NCBI GenBank assembly: GCA_973895155.1
Contig: OZ316892.1
Location: 25,567,233-25,631,232 of the forward strand
Source of the DNA: Marsupella aquatica
Taxonomy: Eukaryota; Plantae; Marchantiophyta
Reading direction: 5' to 3'
DNA: 64,000 nucleotides
Positions 12,771-26,100 of this stretch are shown here, piece after piece (the first letter of the stretch is position 1; each line of letters begins with the position of its first letter). A program made the position numbers and the translations under genes. The notes beneath the pieces are model-generated. The model did not search any database. It was not told the origin of the DNA and saw only the letters and a program-made list of their open reading frames with translations.

Positions 12771-14328
12771 GATAACTTGCGGAATTATCACCTGGCTACT
12801 TGCTTGTTGCTAGCTAATTTGGCACGAGGTAGGACCAGAAGAGGTAGCCACAGGGCCATGCCGACCTGAATAGAGAGCACGAACAGCCTGTCACTGGAAG
12901 CCATCACACCATCTTTCCAAGGACTAGCCAGCTGATTGAAATCTCAAATTCAGCAGACAATACCTATGGAATGCGCTTGCCAACAGATACCGACAGCAAA
13001 ACACGCCAGCAATCAGAACGAACCACGCCCAAGGAGACCATGATTAATCCTCATACTCTGCCTCTGTGTAGCGTTTCTTTCTACATATCTCCACAAGCCT
13101 CGTAACACGTACTCAGGTTGCGGATGTTATAGCCATCTTAGCCTGTGTGATGCAGCAACTGTCATGATCTTGATCTCACTGATTCTCTAGAGTTGGATCA
13201 AGATCTTACAGTATCGTTCTCTCGCAGCCAGTATATCCGAAGCCTGCTGTAAACGTCGGTAGCTGTTGACCGTCGAGTTCAGTCCTTCGTCCCGGAGACA
13301 AGACAAATTGCAGAGTTCCGAGATAAACCTGACCTATAGACGAGCCAATTGTTATCAAGTCCCAAATTTAGTGAATGGTGAAGAAAACAGGAACGAATGG
13401 CAGATTACCCAAACTAAAACGAGTCGCGGCGAAATCAAAGGATGTCTTCCTGAGGGACACACGCGGCATCTTGCTCCCACTGATAATATTGCATCATATG
13501 GGAGCGGTTGGTCTCGAGCATAGCGCAGGGGATATACAATCCCCCAAACACTAAGATCTTTGCATAGAGTCCACACATCCAACGCCAGAAAGCGGAGAGG
13601 GCATAGTGCTATTTAGCTAGCTAGCAGAAAAGCAGGTGACAAGAACCAAGGTGCTGAACTAATGGCTTACCTCACCTCGTTTGCAGAAGAACAACCATAG
13701 CTGGTGGTTGATTTAAAAGCAATGCCCGTATACGCTCATGAGTCGAAGGCTCGTATTGGGGCCTCCCATGGAAGAAGGGCCTCCCGTCACATTTGTAGCT
13801 AACTACGGCCAATTTCCCTCGCCTTCGACCCTGCGCGCTGAGCCGTGGACTGTAAACCTGGCAGCTTGATCAGAGAAATGTACACCAACTTCGATCACAA
13901 TAACATGTACCACATCAAAGACATCGAAAATTGAAGTGATCGCAGAATTAACTTCCTTTCAAATTCCATGGCCTGGGACGAAGCTAAGCTGTAGTGAGCA
14001 GACCTGACAGCTTTCCTAGAGAGACGACTTCATCGACCAGAGAAAACGTACCACATCAGATTAGACACCGACAACTGAACTGCCCATTTCGACACCTCCA
14101 CAGATCCTTACTAGACAGTGCGCTCTTCAGATTGCGTGTGTGACTTCATTTGAGATATCCATCATTCGTGAGCTCAGAGTCTACCGATTGGAGAGATGAT
14201 GTATCTTGAGAATTCCCACCACAACTGAGTTTGGGTCGACTCGCAACCTCGCTAGACAGATTCAACTATACACTGCCTGGAACACTGCCGTGTAGATGCA
14301 AGTCATCTCTCGTCCCAGATAAGGGAAA

Positions 14329-14706
14329 CACGGCTTTGGCCATGCGAGTCCGTAATGGGTCTTTCCGGGAAGTGCATTCCGAAGGGCTCAGTTTCAACAC
14401 CAGAGATTCTCCAGCTTAGTATATTATTATTTAAGCGGATATGAGAAGCAAAAAGAGGGACCACGCGGTATAGTGGTCGGTGATCCAATGCGCCATTACA
14501 ATTACACTCATTGGAACCACGGCTTTGGGCATGCGAGTCCGTAATGGGTCTTTCCGGGAAGGGCATTCCGAAGGGCTCAGTTTCAACACCAGAGATCTCC
14601 AGCTCACTATATTATTATTTAAGCGGATATGAGAAGGAAAAAGAGGGACCACGCGGTATAGTGGTCGGTGATCTAATGCGCCATTACAATTACACACATT
14701 GGAACC
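14329..14706. repeat. Direct tandem duplication, ~189-bp unit x2
   Basis: cacggctttgg(c/g)catgcgagtccgtaatggg...cattggaacca appears at ~14329 and ~14518 with few substitutions. Confidence 0.9.
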
Positions 14707-15214
14707 AAACTTGTAAGTGGTGACATTTCGTAAGAACTAGCGTAATAGTTCATGCCCGTGCGTTCGGTGCCATCGGATCAACACCTGCCAAGGCGTCCCC
14801 ACATACTACCTCCACTTAAAGTAGATTGGATTTCAAGGCCAACATCACCAGATAGTGTCCTAATAACCCGTCCTATTTTATATCCAGTACTCATACTCAC
14901 TGACTAGGGATGCTCAGACTGACCTGGTATGGCTGATGAAAGTAGTGGTTTCAGTCAATCGTGGTAGTCCGATGAATTCCATCGGAGCATCAACTCCACG
15001 TCAACTCACGAGACAAAACAGTTTTTGTGGTGCTTCCTCTCTCTTCCCCCCCGCCCCCCTAGGCCTCCCAAGTTTCTCCACGCTGATGCTGGAAGCATAC
15101 TTCCGATACTAGACTTAAGCGATCACCCCATCACCTCCAGTACACACCTCTAGCTTAGCCAGAATCCAGCATGAAATGGGCGCGCGGCAGCTCGTACGCC
15201 TTGGGCGTGGAGAG

Positions 15215-15435
15215 CTTTGCAACAGTGACAATGAGGGTTTGAGCCCGAATTTGTCAAAATCAATTGCTCCTATGCAAAAACAATTGCACTCTATCCTGTG
15301 TGCATCGCTATACCCGGGGCTACATACCTTGGGCATCGATCTTTGCAACAGTGGCAACGAAGGTTTGAGCCCGAATCGGTCAAAATCAATTGCTTCTAGT
15401 ATGCAAAAACAATTGCACTATATCCTGTGTCCATC
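15215..15435. repeat. Direct duplication, ~126-bp period x2
   Basis: ctttgcaacagtg.caa.ga.ggtttgagcccgaat..gtcaaaatcaattgct...atgcaaaaacaattgcact.tatcctgtgt at ~15215 and ~15341. Confidence 0.85.
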
Positions 15436-15629
15436 TAAATATAGAAATATAGATGGAGAAACTTGTTCTGCTCCTCCTGTATAATAGTTTTGCGCACAGG
15501 GAAGGGACGGTGGTTGCGTTTGGCTCTCTGGCCTTGCTGGTGCTCCTTTTTGGGTTTGTCCCCCCCTTTTGGGGCCATTCCTGGCTGTCTTTATAATTGG
15601 TTATCTTTTGAGACTACCCACTTCCCCTG

Positions 15630-16310
15630 AACACAAAGCCTGGGCGTTGTGTTCGAAAATTGAAATGTTTTAGTCTTGGTAAGAAAAAGTAGTTTTAACT
15701 CGAACACAACATCATTTTAACACAACACCCGGGCTCGAATATGGCCTTGTGTTCGAATATGGCATTGTGTTTGAATGTTCAGGGTTGTGTTTGAGTTTTT
15801 CCTAATCTTGACAGCAATTGAGCACAAAAAGTGCATATTTGTGAATTACAATCAAAGCTTAAGCAAAGTAAATAAAAAGCTGTTGATAACCTTCACATCT
15901 TGACAACAATGCTAGGAGAAATTTATGGAGCAATATTGCCCACACATACTCAATTGAAATGGCACTTGACAACTCTGCAAATAGTTCATCCATGTCCAAA
16001 CTCAGTAGAAATCAGAGAATGATTTTCTAAGCCGTTATTCTATTTTGTTCACCAAATTTGGCCAGGTCTGAAATGGTCTGAAAGCAGTAGCCTTTCATTC
16101 CTGCTTACACTTTAAATTCTATGCCTAGCTATCATTCATGCTTACATCCTAAATTCATCACAATGCCTAAATTTGAGCACAATGCCACTATTCAAACACA
16201 ATGCCACAAGGTAAAAAAATTTCAAAACATAGTGTCAAAACTCAAACACAACGCCCTGGGCGCACTATTCGAATATAACGCCCCATGGCCCACTATTCAA
16301 ATATAGTGCC
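15630..16310. mobile_element. Degenerate non-autonomous DNA transposon/MITE-like remnant with subterminal motif clusters
   Basis: Clusters of (g/t)tgtgttcgaa / ttgtgtttga motifs at 15630-15795 and their complements (tcaaacacaa(c/t)gcc, cactattc(g/a)aa) at 16170-16310. No transposase ORF is present. Confidence 0.4.
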
Positions 16311-19300
16311 TGGTCGCTGTGTTTGGGGGAAGACAATAGGCTAGTAGACCAAACACTTGACTCGTGAGTGCAAAGTACCAGGGGATCTACACCTACATTT
16401 TTCTCTCTGGAAGAAGGCAATGAGCCAAATGAATTAAATGGAGGCAACGACCCAAACGAGGACCCCAACAATACAGCATGTCCAACCAGACAGAGAAGGA
16501 TGAAATGGGAAAAGCCTAAGTCACACTTGGTGAAGGGAAAGGAAGGGAATTAAAGTTGCTTGGTGAATCTTGAAAACAATAATATGTAGGTTGTACCTTA
16601 TGTGATCTGGTCTTTCAACTGCAGCAGGTATACAGGATTCTCCAGGATTAGGAATTTTTATGCTGTAAGTGTTGTTCTACTAGCTAGTGACCGTGACGGC
16701 TTCAAAATAAATGCTTATTTGATATAATCCACTCTCCTGGGAGCACTTCCAAAACTGCCCACATCATGTTAGAACTAAGTGTGTCCGAAGTAAGACAGTA
16801 CTTAGAAGTGGCAAGGAAGTAAGTATCGGGGTAACCATTCTAAGAGTATCCACATGTCATCACATGATTCGTCATCCAGCACTTGTTAATATATAATTGG
16901 TACTTCCTGTTGAACTTTGGTCCATTTCCTTGGAAAGGAGGTGGTTTTGTAGGGCGGGTTGCAGGGCGGTTGCATGGGTAGTAAAAAAAATTCATATTAA
17001 CTTCTCCCCCCACAAATCCATTTTTGCTGTGAAATTGACCTTTGAACAATCACTCAGGCTTTCTTAGATTGATTACATCTGTGATCCATTCTTCTCAGGG
17101 GATGGGTACTCTATCAGTCAGGGCTGATTGTCCATATTTAAATGAATGTCCATCTCAGCTCGCTGTTTCTGAATTTCTCGCCTTCTCTTGTGACATTGGA
17201 TGTTTGGCTCGCCATTGGTCTCTTGTGACACTGGATCATGGTTTTCTCTCCATATTAATCATCATCTCTCTTCTGCCCTGCAATCTTGATACTTTGCCAC
17301 AATCATATGAATACCAGGAGAAATTATAGACTATAAAGTCTTCCCATAATTCTAGAAAGGTCCACTGAAATATAATTATATGTAGTAACTTCCATTCCAA
17401 AACTTCCTCTTCACTTGGCACAACTTTAGCTCATATACAATGAACCGTGTATAAGTGCAGGCTCCTTTGGAAGACACCACCAGCCAGCACTTAATCATGG
17501 AATGCATTATCTAATGGGTATCTTATAAGTGCATATATGGGAAATCACATAACTATATGCACTTCTCCATATGTGCATGGTTTGCACTATCTTATAAGTA
17601 CATGGGAAATCACTTATGCACTTCTCTGTTGTGTTGTCAGGTCACACACATCAGACTCCGCATACCCTGATCGAGTCCTCATATTTGTAACTTTCAGTTG
17701 GATAAGTGCATGAAACTTTACTATGTATGTACGTAGTTGTTTGCTGCACTTATCATAAATGTTTTGCATGTACGCATTGCAGTAATTGATAAATGCATAT
17801 AACTATACACTTATAGACTGAAATGCACTTCTATATTTGTTGTAGAGTACCAATATTTTGTCATCTAGTGAGGGACTTTTGTAACCAAACAGAAGCTAAC
17901 GCCATCTATTAAAGGATCCAAGCTCTCTTGACAGTCCAATGAAGTCTTCACAATACTTCAAAGTCAGGTCCGCTGCACCACTTCTCATCAAGCTGCCCAA
18001 CATGTAGGATGATGACGGTCTGGGCACAGGGTTACGAGGTTGTAATCTTGTGACCTAAAAGTGAAGAAATTAAAGCTGACCAATGGCTCAACCTACAATA
18101 GCTGGAAATTAAAGGTTATTTGAGCATTCTGGAAGCAAGATTCAGACTAAAACCCCAACCCAGACCATCATAATTGTTTACAAACTCAGTACATAATAAA
18201 ATATAAAATACAAACATGATTTTCCAGGCAATAGATTATGGAGATAGCATGGACCTCCAAAAATGGTTACACATGCATGCATGGGTCGGCCTCTAAAAAT
18301 GGTTGCATAGGGGTAATTTTTGTTCTTTACCATAGTTACAAATACCTACAGGAGCGATATTTTGCAAAGTAGAAAGAGAGACACTTTAGCAATATTTTGC
18401 ATTAGAGCGGGAGAAGATTCTCTTTGTCTTCTTGTTTGTTGCTCCTCCAATGAAATTTGATTTTTCTTTCAAGTCTGCTCAAGCTGCACGTTCTTGAAGA
18501 CAACGAACTTTGGGATTCGAAATTAAATGGCTTGAATGTATAAGGTCTCGTATGACTTTAGTTCAAAGCAACCAAGGGCCTAAGTATGTCCATAACCATT
18601 AATATATATATATATAATATCACAAGCTTAGTTTATCTGTTTTCATTCTGACCAGATGTGAATTCACATTTAGCACTTGTATATTGTGCGCTTACGTCGA
18701 GCATCACGATATTCTTGGTACCTTATGGGATATTTGTCGACCTTCTTCTATTCATTGAAATTGGGGCCAAATGTGATGATATTTACTAGGAGAGTTTCTT
18801 GTCTACTGGACTGACAATTTCTGCTTTCTTGCATTTGTTTTTAAATACCAGTTGAAGTATCATTCTGATAGGGTACGTGAGGCTAGGCATAACAAAGAAA
18901 CGGAGCCATAATGGACCACCATTTGGTGGTCCATGGGAGTTTGGGGCCCATAACTTGATGATTATGAGTCATGAAATAATTGATTATGAGTCATGAAATA
19001 ATTTTTATTTCTGCACCTGCAAGGCAACTAGACGTGGAGTAAATATCAGAACACAAACCCAGATGTTTAATGTTGTTAATTAACACAATGAAAATTAATC
19101 TAATGAAACTTACCCCTCGGCAATCTGTAGAGAAAAACTCAAAATGAACAAACAAATCATTGTCAATTTGATGGAAGTGTAGCTTACCTACACCTCAGAT
19201 AGAATATCCCCCAAAACTATAAAGCGTTTGAATTTATGAATATCAAGTTATTGGAATTAGGCTCAAATTTTGGGAAATATGGTCCATGGAGGTTTCAAAG

Positions 19301-20159
19301 GCCAACCTCGGGGTCCATGGGGTTTCAAATTCCATAATAAAGCCTTAATGCGCTTCACTTAAAATATTACTCCAGGGAAACTTCCTACGTTAGGTCCATT
19401 CCATTCATCTAACCATTATTGGGTATCTACTATCCATTGGCCAGGATAATCTAGCAAAAGTAGATCAGGTGTATTCCTAGCATCTTGTCCTTCACACTGA
19501 CAAGGTGACATGCATTCACCAAGCTAAAGTCACAAACCCTTTAAAATTACTCTGGTCCCAATGTGGATCTACAATCTAGACAAATAGGTTGGGCTACCTG
19601 TGGTAGCCTCCTTGCCATACTATTACTTGCAGATAAAAAAGCAACAGCACTGGGCTGATATAACAGAACAATCAAATTTATAGTGGTATGGTAGATTCAT
19701 CCAACCTGCAGGCACATGCCACACTGACTACACTATATGTATAGCATCAGAAAGGGTAGTGAATCCTTCGGGATGTTGGAGGTTTGAACTCCTCATGGGC
19801 ATTCATATAAGGCTTTAATTGGAAGACTGATGTTTGTACCTGTAGATTGAAATGTGTCCTACCTACGGAAAGACCAGGTTAGTACTATCCTCGCAAGCCC
19901 AGTAAGTTTTGTACTATGCAGACATCAAAGTTTCCTATAAGGATACCTTCGTGTGGTCTTGTCAAGCCGACTCAGTTTTGTACTGTGTAGCCATGATGGT
20001 CGAAAAAATGCTTGAACACTACTAGTTTATTATTAAAAAAACCCTGGAACGAATCTTTATTGGACTTAAAGTCATTTGTCATGGATTTCTTTTGTAATTT
20101 CCAGAGGATTCTTGGATAAGAACACACATAATTTTATTCCTTTGTGATTTTTCACTCTT

Positions 20160-20602
20160 TGGGTTTTGGGCATTCTTGGAGAAAAATACACACTTCAGAT
20201 TTGTATAGGCTCATCAGGAGTTTCCTTGTATATATATATGAAACCTCTCCTCTACTATTATTGCAAATAGTTCAAATAAAAATCTCTTAGGTCTCTAACG
20301 TCCTATGACCAAAACATTATTGGGCACTAATAGCCCCTCAAAACACAAACTAGAGTTCTTGGTTTTTGGGCATAATTGTGGAGAAAACTACACACTTCAG
20401 ATTTGTATAGGCTCATCAAGAGTTTCATTGTATATGAAACTTCTCCTCAGTCTATTGTTATTGCAAATAGTTCAAATAAAAAATCTCTTAGGTCTCTAAC
20501 GTCCTAACATTATGGGCACAATAGCATTATAACAATAACATTATGGGCACTAATAGCCCCTCAAAACACAAACTAGAGTTCTCGGTTTGGGTTTTGGGCA
20601 TT
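20160..20602. repeat. AT-rich tandem duplication (~200-bp unit, 2+ copies)
   Basis: ggagaaaa.tacacacttcagatttgtataggctcatca...ggtctctaacgtcct at ~20178 and ~20380; gggcactaatagcccctcaaaacacaaactagagttct at ~20322 and ~20545. Confidence 0.85.
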
Positions 20603-21750
20603 GCGCCTCACAATGCCCTGTTAGTAAACATTACCTTACTATTGTATATACATAGAAACCACTAAATTAATATATACACGAGGAATAAATTGCATGACAC
20701 GCATGAATGGACACGTAGATATGCGATCCCAAAGAAGGGCAAGAGAACAGACACCAAAGGATCGCCGCTGTGGGTGTTTGATCTCGTAGAATTTGTTGTC
20801 TCGTTTTGCTTGAGGTCCGAATAACAAGTAACGTAAGAAGAGTTTCAGTGGAGCCCCGCAGCAAGTATTGCGCAATAACGTAGATCATGGTTCACATTTG
20901 ACGGTATTTCCGAGAGTGAGAACGAATCTCCTCTATCCGCCAGCCCAAACATGTGATTTACAATATAATACACAAGCTTGAGAGATCGAAGCCACAGATC
21001 GAGAATGGAGCGTGGCAACCTCCGTCACCGCCACTACTGCCGGAATAGATCAATGTACCGTTGAAACACAAGAGAGAGAAACTGAGCGCGTCGAATTTGC
21101 AGCTGGTTAAGGGAGATCAGATTGGGAAATAGAAATGGGGAGATGCACAGCGTTAAGACTGCCTGCCTAGGAGAAGAACCAAAAGAAAAATGGAAGAATG
21201 TCGATCGGCGCTATTACCTTTGCAGAGATCGGGATCACGATGATATTGCTTTTCACGCCTTGATTCAAGCTATAGATTGATCCATGTGGACACGTTTCTG
21301 CCAGCAGCGTTACGTAGCGAGCTGCAGGAACGCAAATGAAGGGAGCACTGTCGATCCCTGGTGGTGGTAAAGGGCGTGGATCATTTCGATGTCGACCTGA
21401 CTAACTGCAGCTTTGACAATTCGGAACAAGTACCGGTACTGGATCATCTAGTCAGAGCTTGCCTGCCAGTTTTAAAATTAACCGAAAACGACGTATTTGA
21501 GAGGTCGTTCAGAAGGATTGGACAGGTTCACAAATATTTCCGATTCCCAAATATCATCACTCTCATCCTCTCAAGTTATGATCTGAGTACACTATACTGC
21601 CTCGTCGATTTCTTCGCCAGGGTGCATCTGCAGCAGTACGACATTGGATCTATTACTACAAATAGCAGCCTGGCTAGAACTCGGAATCGTTCGTGCGTTT
21701 CGTTTTCTTCCGTGATTAATGTGCCTACATGAATTAGCTACTTAGTCAAA

Positions 21751-23187
21751 ATGTCTACTCCTGTAGGCTACACTACTCCCACTTCTACCGTTAAAACCGT
21801 ATCTAGAGCCTATACTGTAGTTGTTGTGGTATTTGTGGTTGTCTCCCTTATTAGTTGCGTTGTCCTATGGATCTACATGGCGATAAAGAAGCCCAAGTCG
21901 AACTTCTGGACGTGCTTAGGCTGCTGCCGGATCTGCGTCGGACCGTCACGTATTTCAATGAAGGAGGATCCTTCTGCCCTGGGTGCGGCAGAGAGCACGC
22001 GGAAATCCGATCGTAGAAATTCCTCCCAGAATCCAGAAGTGAGTAAGGCGTTCACATATTGGGAGCTCGTCGAGGCGACCAACGGATTCAGTCCATCAAA
22101 CATTCTCGGGGAAGGCGGTTTTGGTCGGGTGTACAAGGGTACCATAGCTGGGAACCTCGTGGCAGTGAAGCAGCTCAAACGTGGAAGTAGGCAAGGTGAA
22201 AGGGAATTTCGCGCAGAGGTAGAGATCATCAGCAGAGTACACCATCGGCATTTAGTGTCGTTGGTGGGTTACTGTATTTCAGACAGTCACAGGCTTTTAG
22301 TTTACAATTATGTCCCGAATGGCACGCTGCAAGAAGGTCTTCATGGGCCGGGAAAACCTGTCATGGATTGGGCCACCAGAATGAACATTGCTCTGGGAAC
22401 AGCTCGGGGATTAGCTTACTTGCACGAAGACTGCAACCCGAGAATCATACACCGTGATATCAAGGGTTCCAACATTCTACTTGACTTTCAGTCGGGTTTT
22501 CAGTGCGAAGCTAAGGTGGCCGATTTCGGTCTGGCCAAGCTGGCCGACGAGGCTCAAACTCATATGACTACCCGGGTCGTGGGAACCTTTGGGTACATGG
22601 CTCCCGAGTACGCAATGAGTGGTAAGCTCACAGACAAGTCAGATGTGTATTCGTTCGGCGTGGTTCTTCTCGAGCTCATTACGGGTATGAAGGCGGTCGA
22701 TCGGACTCTCCCTGGAGCTGAGTCTCAGCAGAGTCTGGTAGAGTGGGCCAGACCACGTTTGACTGAGGCTTTGGAGACTGGAAATGTGGATGCCCTTGCC
22801 GATCCACATCTGAGGCAAGACTACGAGGAGAAGGAGATGTTCAGAATGGTAGAAGTCGCGGCTATGTGTGTTCGCCGTTCATCACATAGGAGACCCAAAA
22901 TGGCGGACGCGTTGCGCAGCCTTTCAACTGAACATGGAGATCTACATCAAGGAGTTCTGCCCGGTTACAGCAACGACTTGACCGAGGGAGAAGCGGCTGG
23001 GCAGCAGCTGAGTATCTTTCAACGAATGATTAATAGCAGCTCGACCAGTGAGTCCAGTAGTGACAACGGTGGCGACAGGAGGAATGATGCGCGGGCTCCA
23101 TCTCCTTCCACCAATGACTTGGGATCTACCATCGGGGTGTACCCTGATCCATTTCTCATACTTGGTTCCGGGGATGAAATGGTCTGA
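21751..23187 (+). CDS. PERK-family-like membrane-anchored Ser/Thr receptor-like kinase, single exon, 478 aa
   Basis: Hydrophobic TM at aa ~21-45. [64 protein letters not shown] (PERK-type), [32 protein letters not shown]-like tail [10 protein letters not shown]. Confidence 0.92.
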   Translation: MSTPVGYTTPTSTVKTVSRAYTVVVVVFVVVSLISCVVLWIYMAIKKPKSNFWTCLGCCRICVGPSRISMKEDPSALGAAESTRKSDRRNSSQNPEVSKAFTYWELVEATNGFSPSNILGEGGFGRVYKGTIAGNLVAVKQLKRGSRQGEREFRAEVEIISRVHHRHLVSLVGYCISDSHRLLVYNYVPNGTLQEGLHGPGKPVMDWATRMNIALGTARGLAYLHEDCNPRIIHRDIKGSNILLDFQSGFQCEAKVADFGLAKLADEAQTHMTTRVVGTFGYMAPEYAMSGKLTDKSDVYSFGVVLLELITGMKAVDRTLPGAESQQSLVEWARPRLTEALETGNVDALADPHLRQDYEEKEMFRMVEVAAMCVRRSSHRRPKMADALRSLSTEHGDLHQGVLPGYSNDLTEGEAAGQQLSIFQRMINSSSTSESSSDNGGDRRNDARAPSPSTNDLGSTIGVYPDPFLILGSGDEMV

Positions 23188-26100
23188 AATTCCCAACTCA
23201 CATGGGTCTATCCAACACTAGTACCCTCCTGAGCAATTCTTTCTTAGCCTACTCCAGCTGTTCCCAAGCTGAGCCAGCGCTCTGGTGTACAGAAATTTCG
23301 TCGGTTTGTCGTCAATGCACAATCAACGCAGTCCCCTTGAGCAAGACAGTGACGTAGTCGAGAAATATGTTTTGCGGTCGTGCCCATGGCCCCAACGGAG
23401 AGCAAACGATATATGGCACCCACCATAATTATTAATTTATAACCCAGGCCAAGTGGAGTCCAGGCTTGCAGGCCAGCAACGAGATTGGCTTGCTAGGATG
23501 TCCAAAGGGAATGCTCACACAATACATGCCCTGTGACTAAATTTCTGGCTCTCTCGTCCATCACAACTGATGTGTGCAATAGTGATATGTTACTGACATG
23601 TACTTGGTATGGACTAGAGGTTTCGGGTATTAAAAGGAGAACAAAATTTCGGAAGTGAAATTTTGTACTTGATTGAGCAGAACACTCATGTAATTTTGTA
23701 AGCTCCCAGTAGTGTCATGGCTGGCATAAATTTGATAAGTTGCCAGTGTTTTATATGCAAGTTAGTCCAATTATATCAAAATTAACAAACGAAAGTCCTC
23801 TTTCACCGAGGCTGGCCCAGACTAATATTACAAAATTATGCTGGTCAGATAACTTTGGAGATTTCTGATTGAAATCCTCTGACCAAGAGCTTTTCCACAC
23901 CTGCTCACATTGCTTCTCGCAGGGGAGACGGATCTTATTCTGGGGAGGAACAGAATCATCCATTGCATTGTGCCTCGTCAACACCAAAGTCAAGGTCGCC
24001 AATGAAAATTAACTCGAGTTCAATAGCACCTCACAAAAGAAATCAGGGTTCTTTTGGTTTGGCCGGGGCTTTCACTCCATAGACAGCAGTAGTAAATTAC
24101 TGCCTCCATCAGCAACTAACTTATTCATTGGCACTTGTTGACCGGAAATCTTCATTTGTCTAGTGTTTTTCTTCGCATGACTTAATATTCCAAAGAAAGC
24201 AAGAAGATTAAAGTCACTGGCTGTATTGCTGGGAAAAGACACACGTCCCTTCTTAGGATCGCCCGCCTCATGGGGCCAACGCGAGAAGTAGCCCAAGGTT
24301 AAGGAATTTAAAAAACATTCAAAAGAGGCTATTACTGATCTGGGATAATTCCTTTTGTGACGTTTCCAGTTGGGATATGCCACGTCTGTTGCTCTCACTG
24401 TTGCCTTAGTGAATTGAATCAACCTTCGCGAGTCTGCGTTGCTTCTGCACATAAAGTCATACACCTGTTTGGAACCGCTTGCATTGTTGCACACTATTTT
24501 CCTGTCGTGACCAATGTCCGTGCAAGTCATTTTTGTTTTTTGTATAACAATGATGCCTAGTTTAAGGTCCTAATTAACCATCTCAAACATGTTAGTAATG
24601 GAGCTTAGTCAGGAGCTTTGTTTGGTTTTTTGCATTCACAAAGACCTCCACAAGAATACCGTGCCCCACATGCACATCAATATTGAAAACGCAAACGCCA
24701 ATGGTTGTCTCCAAGCTAATAGAACCTAGTTTGTAAGAATTCGTGTTCGAAAAGAACATTAAAACAGAGGACACTTTCGAACAAGGGGATGTTAGCGTGG
24801 TTTCAAGCACACAATCTCTAAACTTTTTGTCAAAAAGAATAGCGACGACCTGGACTTCAGAATAGAGTTTTTCTACATTGGAATATAAATGGGGATGGTA
24901 AATGGGGATGGAATTAGCCAAACATTTCCCACACCCGTCTCCTACGCTTCCCACACCCGTTACTCTCCTACTTATGAACTGGATCTTGTCCGGGCCGGAG
25001 TTCTCCAAGCAGGTAATAAGAGTTTGAAAATTTGTGTTCTGCCAGCCGTGTCATGCCCTTCAATCAACAATTCGAGCCATGCATGATTTCACATTTTTCA
25101 AGAAGTGTTCAAAGCTAGATCGCTTGTCCATCCACACTTTTGTAGACTCTTCAGTTCACTCTTTGCATGCCCTCTTTGAGCACTGACAGCCTCAACAATT
25201 CATTGAAGGTGAGAGCAGACCAGTTCAAGTTGTGGAGGGGTAGTGAATTAAAGCTCCACTGAAAGTTGTTTTGGTCTTGGGCACCCGTGATCAGAGCAGA
25301 GCAGATCCTGACGATGGTATCTTAATATTTTCCTTTGTGTTGTGGTGACTGATGATTCCAAAAGCCATATAAGCTAAGCTTATCGGGTACGTTGACCCCA
25401 TAACGTAGCAGACTTGGATGCAGAGTATTGATGAGGAACTGCAGCGGTGCCACAGCTCCGAGGGAAATTGTAACACGATGACAAACTGGCAAAAGAATTC
25501 TGCAAGTACGTGAAGTGTGGGAGAAAATGGCGATCAGCAGACTGAGTCACCCACTCACAGAACGACGAAGCAATCCTCCAAGAACTCTGATGAGCTCTGC
25601 CACTGCCTGCTCAAGTGGTTTCCAACTTTCATCGGGAGAATAGAGGCTGACCGGAGCAAAACAATGCCTAGTCAAACATCTCAAACATGATAGTATTGGA
25701 AAGTCAGGAGCTCTGATTGGTCTTTTGCGTCCTCAAGACCTTCCAGCTGAAATTGAAACACGCAGCAAATCAAACGGTTGTTTCCAAGTAGAACCTGGGT
25801 GGTAGGAATTCACGCATGAAAACAACACCAAAACAAGAGGACACTTTCGCACAAGTGTACATCAGCCTGGTTGCAAGGATGCAATCTCTAAACTTTCGCT
25901 GTCAACAAGAATAGACAGGATCTGCACTGAATGGATAAGTACAATGAAATAGGACAGGGGTGAAATCAGCCAAACATCAGGAATGGCTTGGTCTTGCTTT
26001 TATCAATTCCCGATGGTTTGGTCCGCGATGGTTTGGTCCGCGACTGTCCAAAACTCTCATCTGTACTTCATTTCAAGATTCTACTTTCAATGACAAGACT

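Noticed and set aside
17440-17850. Recurring tataagtgca / tgcactt motifs suggesting a MITE
   Set aside because: Too degenerate to define termini or a target-site duplication.
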